Below, one piece after another: positions 15,423-22,734 of a stretch of 22,734 bases of DNA. The position numbers and the translations under genes are program-made. Under the pieces are notes generated by a model. That model saw only the letters and a program-made list of their open reading frames with translations. It was not told the DNA's origin and did no database searches. Each line of letters begins with the position of its first letter. The first letter of the stretch is position 1. This stretch comes from a bacterium (GTDB lineage Bacteria; Electryoneota; Electryoneia; Electryoneales; Electryoneaceae): contig JAZDLX010000009.1 of the NCBI GenBank assembly GCA_043801585.1, forward strand, positions 1 through 22,734, in the 5' to 3' direction.

Positions 15423-16990
15423 CACAAAAGCGCCGGATTCTCTGGGCTGACGATGAAATCGAAATGCTGCGCCCCCATGTGCTGTTTCTTGAGGAGCGGG
15501 GATATCTCGTAAAGACGGTGACTTCCGGCGAGGATGCCGTGAGTTCCGTGGCGCGCGAACGGTTTGACGCCGTGCTGCTGGACGAACAGATGGCCGGACT
15601 TGATGGCATCGCCACCCTTAAGCGTGTGAAACGGCTTCGTCCGGCTCTCCCCGTGGTGATGATTACAAAGAGCGAGGAAGAGTCGCTGATGGAAGAGGCG
15701 ATTGGGCGGCGGATTGACGATTACCTGACGAAACCCGTAAACCCGAGCCAGATTCTCTCCGCGTTGAAAAGACTCCTCGAAACGAGGGTGATCAACCAGC
15801 AACATCTTGCCCAGGAATACGTCACGGAGTTCAACAGGATCAACGAAGAGCTCAACGAGGGACTGAGTTGGGATGATTGGCTCGAACTTCATCAGCGCCT
15901 GAGCCGCTGGGCAATCGATCTCTCGGCGGATCGGAACACGGAACTGCTCAGCTTGCTCGATCAGCAGCTCCTGGAGGTGAACAACCGGTTCCACCGGTAT
16001 ATCGAGGAAGAATATCCCCGGTGGATGAAAGTGGACCGCGATTCCCGGCCTCCCCTGAGCCATGATGTTGTACGCGAGTGGGTGGCGCCTCTGATCGCCC
16101 GGAAAGAACCGGTGCTGCTGCTCGTTCTCGACTGCCTGCGTCTCGATCACCTGCTCGCGCTGGAGCCGATGCTTCAGGAAGATTTCGACATCGAGACAGA
16201 TCTCTATTTTTCCATCCTGCCGACGGCGACTCCCTTTTCACGAAACAGCATTTTCAGCGGACTCCTGCCAAGGGATTATCCCATCGTTCATCCGGACCTG
16301 TACGGGCAGTTGAAGTGGGATGATGAGCTGAATGTTAATCGGTTCGAGCGTCAGTTGCTCGACCGCCAGTTGACAAAACTGGGATTGCAGATCACCCCCG
16401 AGCCGAAGTACGCGAAAATCCTTGACCCCGAGGAAGCGAACCGCGTAGCGCGGAGAGTCTCTGACTATTTCGATCAGCCACTGGTCTCGATGGTCTTCAA
16501 TTTCGTGGACATCGTCGCTCATCATCGCAGCACAGAAGAAGTCATCCAAACCCTGATTCCCGACGAGGCGGCGTACCGGAGCGTCGTTTGTTCCTGGTTT
16601 GAGCACGCGCCCTTGCGGGACATCCTTACCGCGTTCGGCAAACGTGGTGTCACGATCGTTCTGACGACGGATCACGGCAGTATCCGAGTGAAAAATCCTG
16701 TGCGGGTGATCGGAGACCGGGAGGCGTCCACCAATCTCCGGTATAAACTCGGCCGTAACCTCAAGGTGGACTCCAAGGCGGCGATCAAGATTAAAAATCC
16801 GGAGAGTTGGGGGATTCCTTCGCCCACAATCAACACCGATCTTGTGATCGCACGCGAGAACAACTTCTTTATCTACCCGACCGGATTTCACAAGTTTGCC
16901 GAAAAATTCAACGACAGTTTCCTGCACGGCGGCGTATCGCTGGACGAAATGGTGCTGCCGGTGGCGACATTGCGCTGGCGGAATCCGTGA
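15419..16990 (+). CDS. porX: PorX-like response regulator: receiver domain + PglZ/alkaline-phosphatase-superfamily domain
   Basis: GTG overlaps the upstream stop. Receiver: ILWADDEI, LLDEQM, MITKSEEE, YLTKPVNPSQI. PglZ: LDCLR, SILPTATPFSRN, NFVDIVAH, TTDHG, STNLRYK, HGGVSLDEM. Followed by tsaE, as in Bacteroidota. Confidence 0.92.
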   Translation: MTQKRRILWADDEIEMLRPHVLFLEERGYLVKTVTSGEDAVSSVARERFDAVLLDEQMAGLDGIATLKRVKRLRPALPVVMITKSEEESLMEEAIGRRIDDYLTKPVNPSQILSALKRLLETRVINQQHLAQEYVTEFNRINEELNEGLSWDDWLELHQRLSRWAIDLSADRNTELLSLLDQQLLEVNNRFHRYIEEEYPRWMKVDRDSRPPLSHDVVREWVAPLIARKEPVLLLVLDCLRLDHLLALEPMLQEDFDIETDLYFSILPTATPFSRNSIFSGLLPRDYPIVHPDLYGQLKWDDELNVNRFERQLLDRQLTKLGLQITPEPKYAKILDPEEANRVARRVSDYFDQPLVSMVFNFVDIVAHHRSTEEVIQTLIPDEAAYRSVVCSWFEHAPLRDILTAFGKRGVTIVLTTDHGSIRVKNPVRVIGDREASTNLRYKLGRNLKVDSKAAIKIKNPESWGIPSPTINTDLVIARENNFFIYPTGFHKFAEKFNDSFLHGGVSLDEMVLPVATLRWRNP

Positions 16991-17004
16991 GGGAGCATGT
17001 TGAC

Positions 17005-17460
17005 ATGAGCTGGAGCGTGGTTCATAAGACCCGAACGATCAGTCCTGAGGAAACTCAAGCACTCGCCAGTCGGTTGCTGGAGCGATTACATGTGGGAGAC
17101 GCTGTTGCGCTGACCGGGGAACTGGGAGCCGGGAAGACAACGTTTGTTCGGGGTCTCATCCGGGCGATGGGATACGAAGGACGTGTTCGCAGTCCCTCGT
17201 ACACTCTTGTGCAGCGGTACCCGACGCAACCTCCTGTTACCCACGCGGACCTTTACCGCCTCCTGGATAAAGATGAATTAATCGCCCTGAACCTCGTGGG
17301 TGACCGGGAGCGGGGAATTCTGGTCGTGGAATGGGCGGACCGACTGCAGGATGTGTGGGGAATACCCGATTGGCGCGTCGAATTCTCCATTCCTGAGCAG
17401 ATCGGCGACAACGGTAATCGTGACATCACCATTCTGTGCGCGCGGGAGGAACGAATTTGA
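17005..17460 (+). CDS. tsaE: tRNA t6A37 biosynthesis ATPase
   Basis: LTGELGAGKTTFVRG, VRSPSYTLV, HADLYRL, VEWAD. Confidence 0.95.
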   Translation: MSWSVVHKTRTISPEETQALASRLLERLHVGDAVALTGELGAGKTTFVRGLIRAMGYEGRVRSPSYTLVQRYPTQPPVTHADLYRLLDKDELIALNLVGDRERGILVVEWADRLQDVWGIPDWRVEFSIPEQIGDNGNRDITILCAREERI

Positions 17461-18116
17461 AACTGCTGGCGATCGACACGTCCGGTCCACGCGCTCTCTG
17501 GATGGGAGTGGTCGACGGAGTTCCCCACGATCCCGTTTTCGCCGGCGATGGTGAGCATCACGATGCTGTGCTCGGGGAAGGGTTACGGGCCTGGCTTGAC
17601 CGCAACCGTTGGGAATCCATCGACGCCGTTGCCGTGGTTGTCGGCCCCGGAGGGTTCACGGGGTTGCGTGTGGGAGTGGCCTTCGCCTCGGGGCTCGCAG
17701 AAGCGCTTGGGGTTCCCGTTGTCCCGATTTCCACCTATGAACGGTTGGCCGCCTCGGTCGATTCGGGAATCGTCTGGGCGCTTCCCTTTGCTTCGCGGAG
17801 GGAGTTTCGCGGCCGTTTTATGCGAGGGGGTGAGGAGCCGGAAGCCCTTTCGGACATTGATGTTTTTTCAGCTGATCGAATTCCGGAGCCCCGTCAGGAG
17901 GGTCCCATCATCCCCCTCGGCGAGGGGTACGAAAGGGAACGGGCGTCCATTGACACTGCTCTCGGAAAGCGCAGGGGCGACGCCGACCTTCTTGACCCAG
18001 CCACGGCCTTGGCACGGGCGGCTTCGACGGCTTGGCGGCGGGGAGAGGCCATAACTCCGGATCAGGTGGATGTCGACTACGGCGCCGAGTTCCTGCCAAC
18101 GCCGAAAGGGGGGTGA
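17457..18116 (+). CDS. tsaB: tRNA t6A37 biosynthesis dimerisation subunit
   Basis: TTG start overlapping the tsaE stop, GGAGGA RBS; LLAIDTS, GPGGFTGLRVG..FASGLA. Confidence 0.9.
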   Translation: MKLLAIDTSGPRALWMGVVDGVPHDPVFAGDGEHHDAVLGEGLRAWLDRNRWESIDAVAVVVGPGGFTGLRVGVAFASGLAEALGVPVVPISTYERLAASVDSGIVWALPFASRREFRGRFMRGGEEPEALSDIDVFSADRIPEPRQEGPIIPLGEGYERERASIDTALGKRRGDADLLDPATALARAASTAWRRGEAITPDQVDVDYGAEFLPTPKGG

Positions 18117-18248
18117 GGACCTTTCTGAAGTGACTCCCGAACGGAGAGGAACACGCCGGTCATGAGGGGTCATGATTCGCTTTCCTGCTCCGTCCTGTTA
18201 CCTTACCTTTCACGCAACGTCGCAAACGGCATATTCTCGAGGAAAGGC

Positions 18249-19046
18249 GTGGAACTTTTCCGCATCGGCTTTCTCACCGTCACCTTGGTGGATGTCATTG
18301 ACATCTTCCTGGTCTCGTACGTCTTTTACAAACTCTACGAGATCATGCGTGGTACGCGCGGTTCACAGATGTTCCTCGGTCTGCTTTTGATCCTCATCGT
18401 GAGTTTCGTCGTCGGCGCGCTGGGAATGAAAGGGATGTCCTGGCTCGTCGGTTCCGTGGCGCAGGTGTGGGTCATCGCCTTTGTCATCCTGTTTCAACCG
18501 GAGCTTCGCCGTCTGCTGATCCAACTTGGTCAGGCACGAATCGTGCGGAGACTGTTCCGGGTCGCACCCACCCGTGTCATTGATGAAATTTGCAAAGCAG
18601 CGGTCGAACTTTCGCAGAAACGGTACGGCGGACTGTTCGTTCTCCAGCGGGACATGGGCATGCGTTCGATCATCGAAACAGGTGTCAAGATCCAGGCGGA
18701 TGCACGCTCGGAGTTGATCGTCAGCATTTTCTATCCACGAACTCCCCTGCATGACGGTGCGCTGGTGATCAACGGCAACCTGATCGAAGCCGCCGGGTGT
18801 ATTCTGCCGCTGTCTGAAAATCCCAATATCGACCCCAGCCTCGGAACACGGCATCGCGCGGCGATCGGTGTCACCGAGGAATTCGACGCAGCGGTGGTTG
18901 TCGTCAGCGAAGAGACCGGGCAGATTTCACTGGCATACCGCGGTGAATTCCTTGAACGTGGCATATCCGGTGATGGGCTCCGCGATCTGCTCGAGCAGAT
19001 CTTCGAGCGCGTCCATGGTGTTGAGGAAGGCGAGGAACGCAGTTGA
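18249..19046 (+). CDS. cdaA: Membrane-bound diadenylate cyclase (c-di-AMP synthase)
   Basis: Three N-terminal TMs, ILFQPELRRLL, PLHDGA, GTRHRAA, VVSEETG. GTG start after GAGGAAAGG. Confidence 0.95.
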   Translation: MELFRIGFLTVTLVDVIDIFLVSYVFYKLYEIMRGTRGSQMFLGLLLILIVSFVVGALGMKGMSWLVGSVAQVWVIAFVILFQPELRRLLIQLGQARIVRRLFRVAPTRVIDEICKAAVELSQKRYGGLFVLQRDMGMRSIIETGVKIQADARSELIVSIFYPRTPLHDGALVINGNLIEAAGCILPLSENPNIDPSLGTRHRAAIGVTEEFDAAVVVVSEETGQISLAYRGEFLERGISGDGLRDLLEQIFERVHGVEEGEERS

Positions 19047-19111
19047 TTCTCGGGTGAGATTCCTGCGATCCTTCCTGCTGGGGTGATCCTCGAAAACGGA
19101 GACTTTCCCCG

Positions 19112-21673
19112 ATGGCAGACCGTTCTGACCAGGGCTCTCCCGAGAGCCGCTCTTCAGGAAAATGGAAAGCGGATGCATTAGCTCTGCTGGCATTGTATGT
19201 GATCACCCTCCTGCTGTTTTTCCCTCTGATTGAAAGAGACTCCAGGATGTCACCCACGCCGGACACCATTACCGCAAGGGCGATGAACGATGTGGGTGCG
19301 GAAATCACGAAAAGCGAGCCTGGTCCGGTTGCCCTTTGGAATCCTTACATCTTTCTCGGCATGCCGATGTACGCTTCCCTCTCCTACAAGGTTGGATCGC
19401 TGCTCAACCCCATGGATTATGTTACAAACGTGGGGGAATACCTGTTCGGGTGGGACAGGGACAGAATGCGCCGGGAGGTATTCTTCTATTTCTTCAGCGG
19501 AGTGGCGATGTTCCTTTTCGCCCGGGGAGTTGGATTGCCAACCTGGGCGGCACTCCTGGCGGGATTGATTTTCATGATGAATCCCTACAACATCAGCCTG
19601 CTCGAGGCGGGACATGGCGGCAAGCACTGGACGATCAGCATCCTGCCGATGGTTTTTCTGACAACCCACTGGACTTTGACACGCCGGCGAATTCTTGATA
19701 TCGCATTGCTGGCGCTCGCCGTCGGATCGCTGCTGCTGCTGCACCATCCGCAAATTGCCTACTTTGGGCTGCTGGTCATCGGTGGCTACGCGCTCATCTG
19801 GGCGATCGGAGAATGGATTCATCGGCGTCCGAAAATCGCGGCGAAGGGAATCGGTTTCATGGCGATGGGAGGACTGCTGGGACTTGCCGTTTCCGCGTAT
19901 CTCTACCTCCCCGTCTGGCAATACATGAAGTATTCGATTCGTGGTGCTGCCCCACTGTTTGCGAAAGTGGGAACAGCCAGTGGGCTTGATTGGAATTACG
20001 CCACCGGGTGGTCGCTGCATCCACTTGAAACACTTCAGTTTCTGGTTCCGGGTCTGTTCGGTCTGGGTGGGAGTGCCGCGCCGGATCGTCTGCTGAACAT
20101 GCAGAATGCCGCCAACTACAATCTTTACTGGGGCTGGATGCCCTTCACCCAGAGCTCACTTTATATGGGCATTCTTCCCCTGATCCTGGCTGTCGTGGCG
20201 GCTGTTCTGCTCTGGAAGAAAAATGCGGTCGTACGGTGGATGGCCGTCGCTGCACTCGCAGCCTTGGTCGTCAGTTTTGGACGGTTCCTGCCGGTGCTCT
20301 ATGGCCCATTGTATTACCTGCTGCCCTATTTCGACAAGTTTCGCGTGCCATCAATGATCCTGGTGATCACCGCTGCGGGCGTTTCGATTCTGTCAGCGTA
20401 CGGCATTGAGGCGATTCTGAAATCTTTTCAGGGTTCGCCTGAAAAACCGCAAATGAAAAGGTGGCGAATCCTGTTTGGGACGCTTGCCGGAGTCGCGGTG
20501 CTCGGTCTCATAGTCGGTCTCGCCGGTGGCCGTGGTCCCTCTGTGCAGTCCGGTTGGTTCATCCGTCCCCAGGAAATTCAGACTTACGGACGTCAGGCAC
20601 AGGCGTTGGTTGCACTCCGGTACGTCATTTTCACCAAGACCCTCATCTCGACATCGCTCGTGCTGCTTTTCTTCTCCCTCGCTGGATGGTCCATGACCGT
20701 GCTGAAAAACTCCCGCAAAACGATGACAGGCATTCTTGCGGGACTGGTTCTACTGTTAACTGCGGTTGACCTGATGGTGCTCGATAAACGTTTCATCCAC
20801 CCCGTGCAACCCAAAGAGATGAGCAAAATGCTTGCCATCCGGCCGACTGTCGACTGGCTGAAACAGCGGCAGATGACAAGTGAGGAACCGTTCCGCATCT
20901 TCCCTGTGGGGAGCGATTTTCAAACCGACTACTGGATGTATCATCGCATCCAGTCCATCGGAGGTTACTCCGCAGTCAAACTTCGTGTTTACCAGGACAT
21001 GCTCGACTTCGCACTGCTGACAAAGGGGCAGAATGGGGAGCCGAACTGGACAATTGCGGGGATGATGAACGCGCGGTTTATCCTTTCGTCGCAGCGTCTG
21101 CCGGGAGGTTTTGAAGCGGCGTACGCAGAGCCGGGCGGCGGAATGATCGTCTATCGCAACCCGAAAGCGATGCCGCGCGCCTGGTTCGTGGAAAACGTCC
21201 GCCAGGTGACAGATCTCAAAGAAACGATTGGCATTATCGGCATGCCCGGTTTCAATCCCCGGACGCTGGCGATCATCGATCAACCCGTTGATTTTCCTTT
21301 CGAGGGGGCCGATTCGCTTTCGAAGGCTGTGATGCCGGCAGAATCCTTTCACCCGTCCAGATTTACCATTAACACGTCATCCGTGAAAAATGGATTCCTC
21401 GTCATCAGTGAGATTTGGTACCCCACAGGTTGGACGGCGACAGTGGATGATTCCCCGGTGCCTATCGTTCGTACCAATTATGGGCTTCGAGGTGTAGCCG
21501 TCCCTGCCGGGGAGCACACCCTCCGTTTCGAATATCGTTCACAATCGATCCAGGCGGGTTTCCTGATCAGCGAACTGGCCCTTGTCATTGTGGCGGTGAT
21601 GTTGTTGCTGGAAATGGTTCGATGGCTCCGGGCGCGGCGGGAAGACCAAAGCACAGAAAGTGATGCGGGGTGA
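19112..21673 (+). CDS. YfhO family multi-TM protein (GT-C-fold glycosyltransferase)
   Basis: LWNPYIFLGMP, HPQIAY, YSIRG, YATGWSLHPLE...PGLFG, YMG, KFRVPSM, SIGGYS, PRAWFV, SEIWYPTGWTA.VD...RTNYGLRGV.VPAG.H. Confidence 0.9.
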   Translation: MADRSDQGSPESRSSGKWKADALALLALYVITLLLFFPLIERDSRMSPTPDTITARAMNDVGAEITKSEPGPVALWNPYIFLGMPMYASLSYKVGSLLNPMDYVTNVGEYLFGWDRDRMRREVFFYFFSGVAMFLFARGVGLPTWAALLAGLIFMMNPYNISLLEAGHGGKHWTISILPMVFLTTHWTLTRRRILDIALLALAVGSLLLLHHPQIAYFGLLVIGGYALIWAIGEWIHRRPKIAAKGIGFMAMGGLLGLAVSAYLYLPVWQYMKYSIRGAAPLFAKVGTASGLDWNYATGWSLHPLETLQFLVPGLFGLGGSAAPDRLLNMQNAANYNLYWGWMPFTQSSLYMGILPLILAVVAAVLLWKKNAVVRWMAVAALAALVVSFGRFLPVLYGPLYYLLPYFDKFRVPSMILVITAAGVSILSAYGIEAILKSFQGSPEKPQMKRWRILFGTLAGVAVLGLIVGLAGGRGPSVQSGWFIRPQEIQTYGRQAQALVALRYVIFTKTLISTSLVLLFFSLAGWSMTVLKNSRKTMTGILAGLVLLLTAVDLMVLDKRFIHPVQPKEMSKMLAIRPTVDWLKQRQMTSEEPFRIFPVGSDFQTDYWMYHRIQSIGGYSAVKLRVYQDMLDFALLTKGQNGEPNWTIAGMMNARFILSSQRLPGGFEAAYAEPGGGMIVYRNPKAMPRAWFVENVRQVTDLKETIGIIGMPGFNPRTLAIIDQPVDFPFEGADSLSKAVMPAESFHPSRFTINTSSVKNGFLVISEIWYPTGWTATVDDSPVPIVRTNYGLRGVAVPAGEHTLRFEYRSQSIQAGFLISELALVIVAVMLLLEMVRWLRARREDQSTESDAG

Positions 21674-22734
21674 CAGCAATACTCAGCAATCGTGCCCATG
21701 GAAAGACGGGTAAGACGCCCGAGCCGCAGCGGCTGAAAGTACTCCACGTTGTTCATCAGTTTCCGCCGCATCATCGACACGGAGCCGAACTATCCAGCCT
21801 TGAGCTGGCTCGCGGACAACAGAAGCGTGGATACGAAGTTCGAGTTCTGGCTGGCGAAAAAGGTCGATTCAGCAAGGAAATCGCATCTCAACGTGATTCC
21901 TATCAAGGGTTGGATGTCACCCGGCTTTATTTCAATCCGCGAAGCGAACAGGGGTTCCTGAAACATCCTGGACTGCACGACTGGTTTCTTTCCGAGTTGA
22001 CGACGTGGAAACCTGACCTGATCCATGTGCAGCATCTTCAGAACCTCTCGTTTTCTTTGCTTGACGTCGCCCACAAAATTTCCATTCCGACGGTTATTAC
22101 CCTCCGTGATTATGGTCTGTTCTGTGCGCGGACCAACCTCGTGAGGGGCGATCTTTCGCTCTGCCGCGAAAGCGACCTGGTGCATGACTGCGTGACATGT
22201 CTGCGTCAGCGCATGCCCCTTTCGCCGATGGAAAAAGTGGGTGCAATGGCGACAGCGATTCAGAAGAATCTTTTCCGTGCGAGGGCCTGGAGCCTGCTTG
22301 GGGACATGCTTCTTGGGTTTCATTTGAAACGTCTGCCACCCCTTCGTCTGGACAATTCCGATGACTTCAAAATGCGCAACGACCGCCTGCTGGAAGTGCT
22401 GTCGCGAGCTGATTGTATCGTTGCGATCAGCGAAGATCTCAAAGAACGGTTCGAACGTTTTCTTGGAAATGCCATTCGGGTGATTTCCCTGCTTCAGACT
22501 CCGGATCTCCCGATAATAGAGAGGGACAATTCATCAAAGCATAGCGAAAAGATGCGGTTCGGTTTCATCGGAAAATTCAGCTCCATTAAAGGCATCCATC
22601 TGCTGCTGGATGCATTCGGGCAACTTCCTCCGGAATCGGCGACGCTCGATATCTATGGTTCCCCAACGTGGACAAACCTGCAGGAAATTGCCTATTGGCG
22701 GCGGATGAAACGCCGAGCGAAAATGCCCGGTGTA
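21670..22734 (+). CDS. Glycosyltransferase family 4 (GT-B), 3' truncated by window; absent from the ORF track
   Basis: GTG at 21670 overlaps the yfhO stop; frame is open to the window end. LKVLHVVHQFPP.HRHGAE, KPDLIHVQHLQNLS, PTVITLRDYGLFC...C...C..C, IVAISEDL, FGFIGKFSSIKGIHLLLDAF. Confidence 0.9.
   Translation, partial: MTAILSNRAHGKTGKTPEPQRLKVLHVVHQFPPHHRHGAELSSLELARGQQKRGYEVRVLAGEKGRFSKEIASQRDSYQGLDVTRLYFNPRSEQGFLKHPGLHDWFLSELTTWKPDLIHVQHLQNLSFSLLDVAHKISIPTVITLRDYGLFCARTNLVRGDLSLCRESDLVHDCVTCLRQRMPLSPMEKVGAMATAIQKNLFRARAWSLLGDMLLGFHLKRLPPLRLDNSDDFKMRNDRLLEVLSRADCIVAISEDLKERFERFLGNAIRVISLLQTPDLPIIERDNSSKHSEKMRFGFIGKFSSIKGIHLLLDAFGQLPPESATLDIYGSPTWTNLQEIAYWRRMKRRAKMPGV

Noticed and set aside
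15419..16990. PglZ domain as part of a BREX/Pgl defence system
   Set aside because: The receiver+PglZ architecture next to tsaE is PorX-type, and no brxC/pglX genes are nearby.

Overview
Bacterial chromosomal window, roughly 55-60% GC by eye. The gene content (lpxB/DUF374/lpxK, porX next to tsaE, membrane-bound cdaA, YfhO) suggests a diderm of the FCB superphylum; this is an inference and is not confirmed. On the + strand: 3' end of lpxB, a DUF374(LpxJ-like)-LpxK fusion, a tRNA(CAT) that is probably Ile2, a structured intergenic region, a C4 zinc-ribbon coiled-coil protein, rnpB and recJ. On the - strand: an Omp85-like barrel, and a sensor with no output domain that overlaps trkH. Next on +: a ubiA/dprE1/dprE2-like polyprenyl-phospho-arabinose cluster, then a repeat-rich convergent gap. 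On -: a DUF2269-like + FMN-binding gene split by one in-frame stop. The last + run is DUF523, DUF2520, porX-like, tsaE, tsaB, cdaA, YfhO and a GT4 gene cut by the window edge. No transposase, integrase, phage gene or CRISPR array was seen. The most unusual signals are (i) two sites where palindromic REP-like elements lie between long 25-36 bp imperfect duplications of a gene end, one of which creates a uORF overlapping the start codon; (ii) a candidate attenuator or ncRNA after the tRNA; (iii) a mycobacterial-type arabinofuranose donor pathway whose DprE1 has a histone-H1-like tail; (iv) the LpxJ-LpxK fusion; and (v) PorX linked to a c-di-AMP cyclase. All family calls come from motif recognition by eye; no searches were run.
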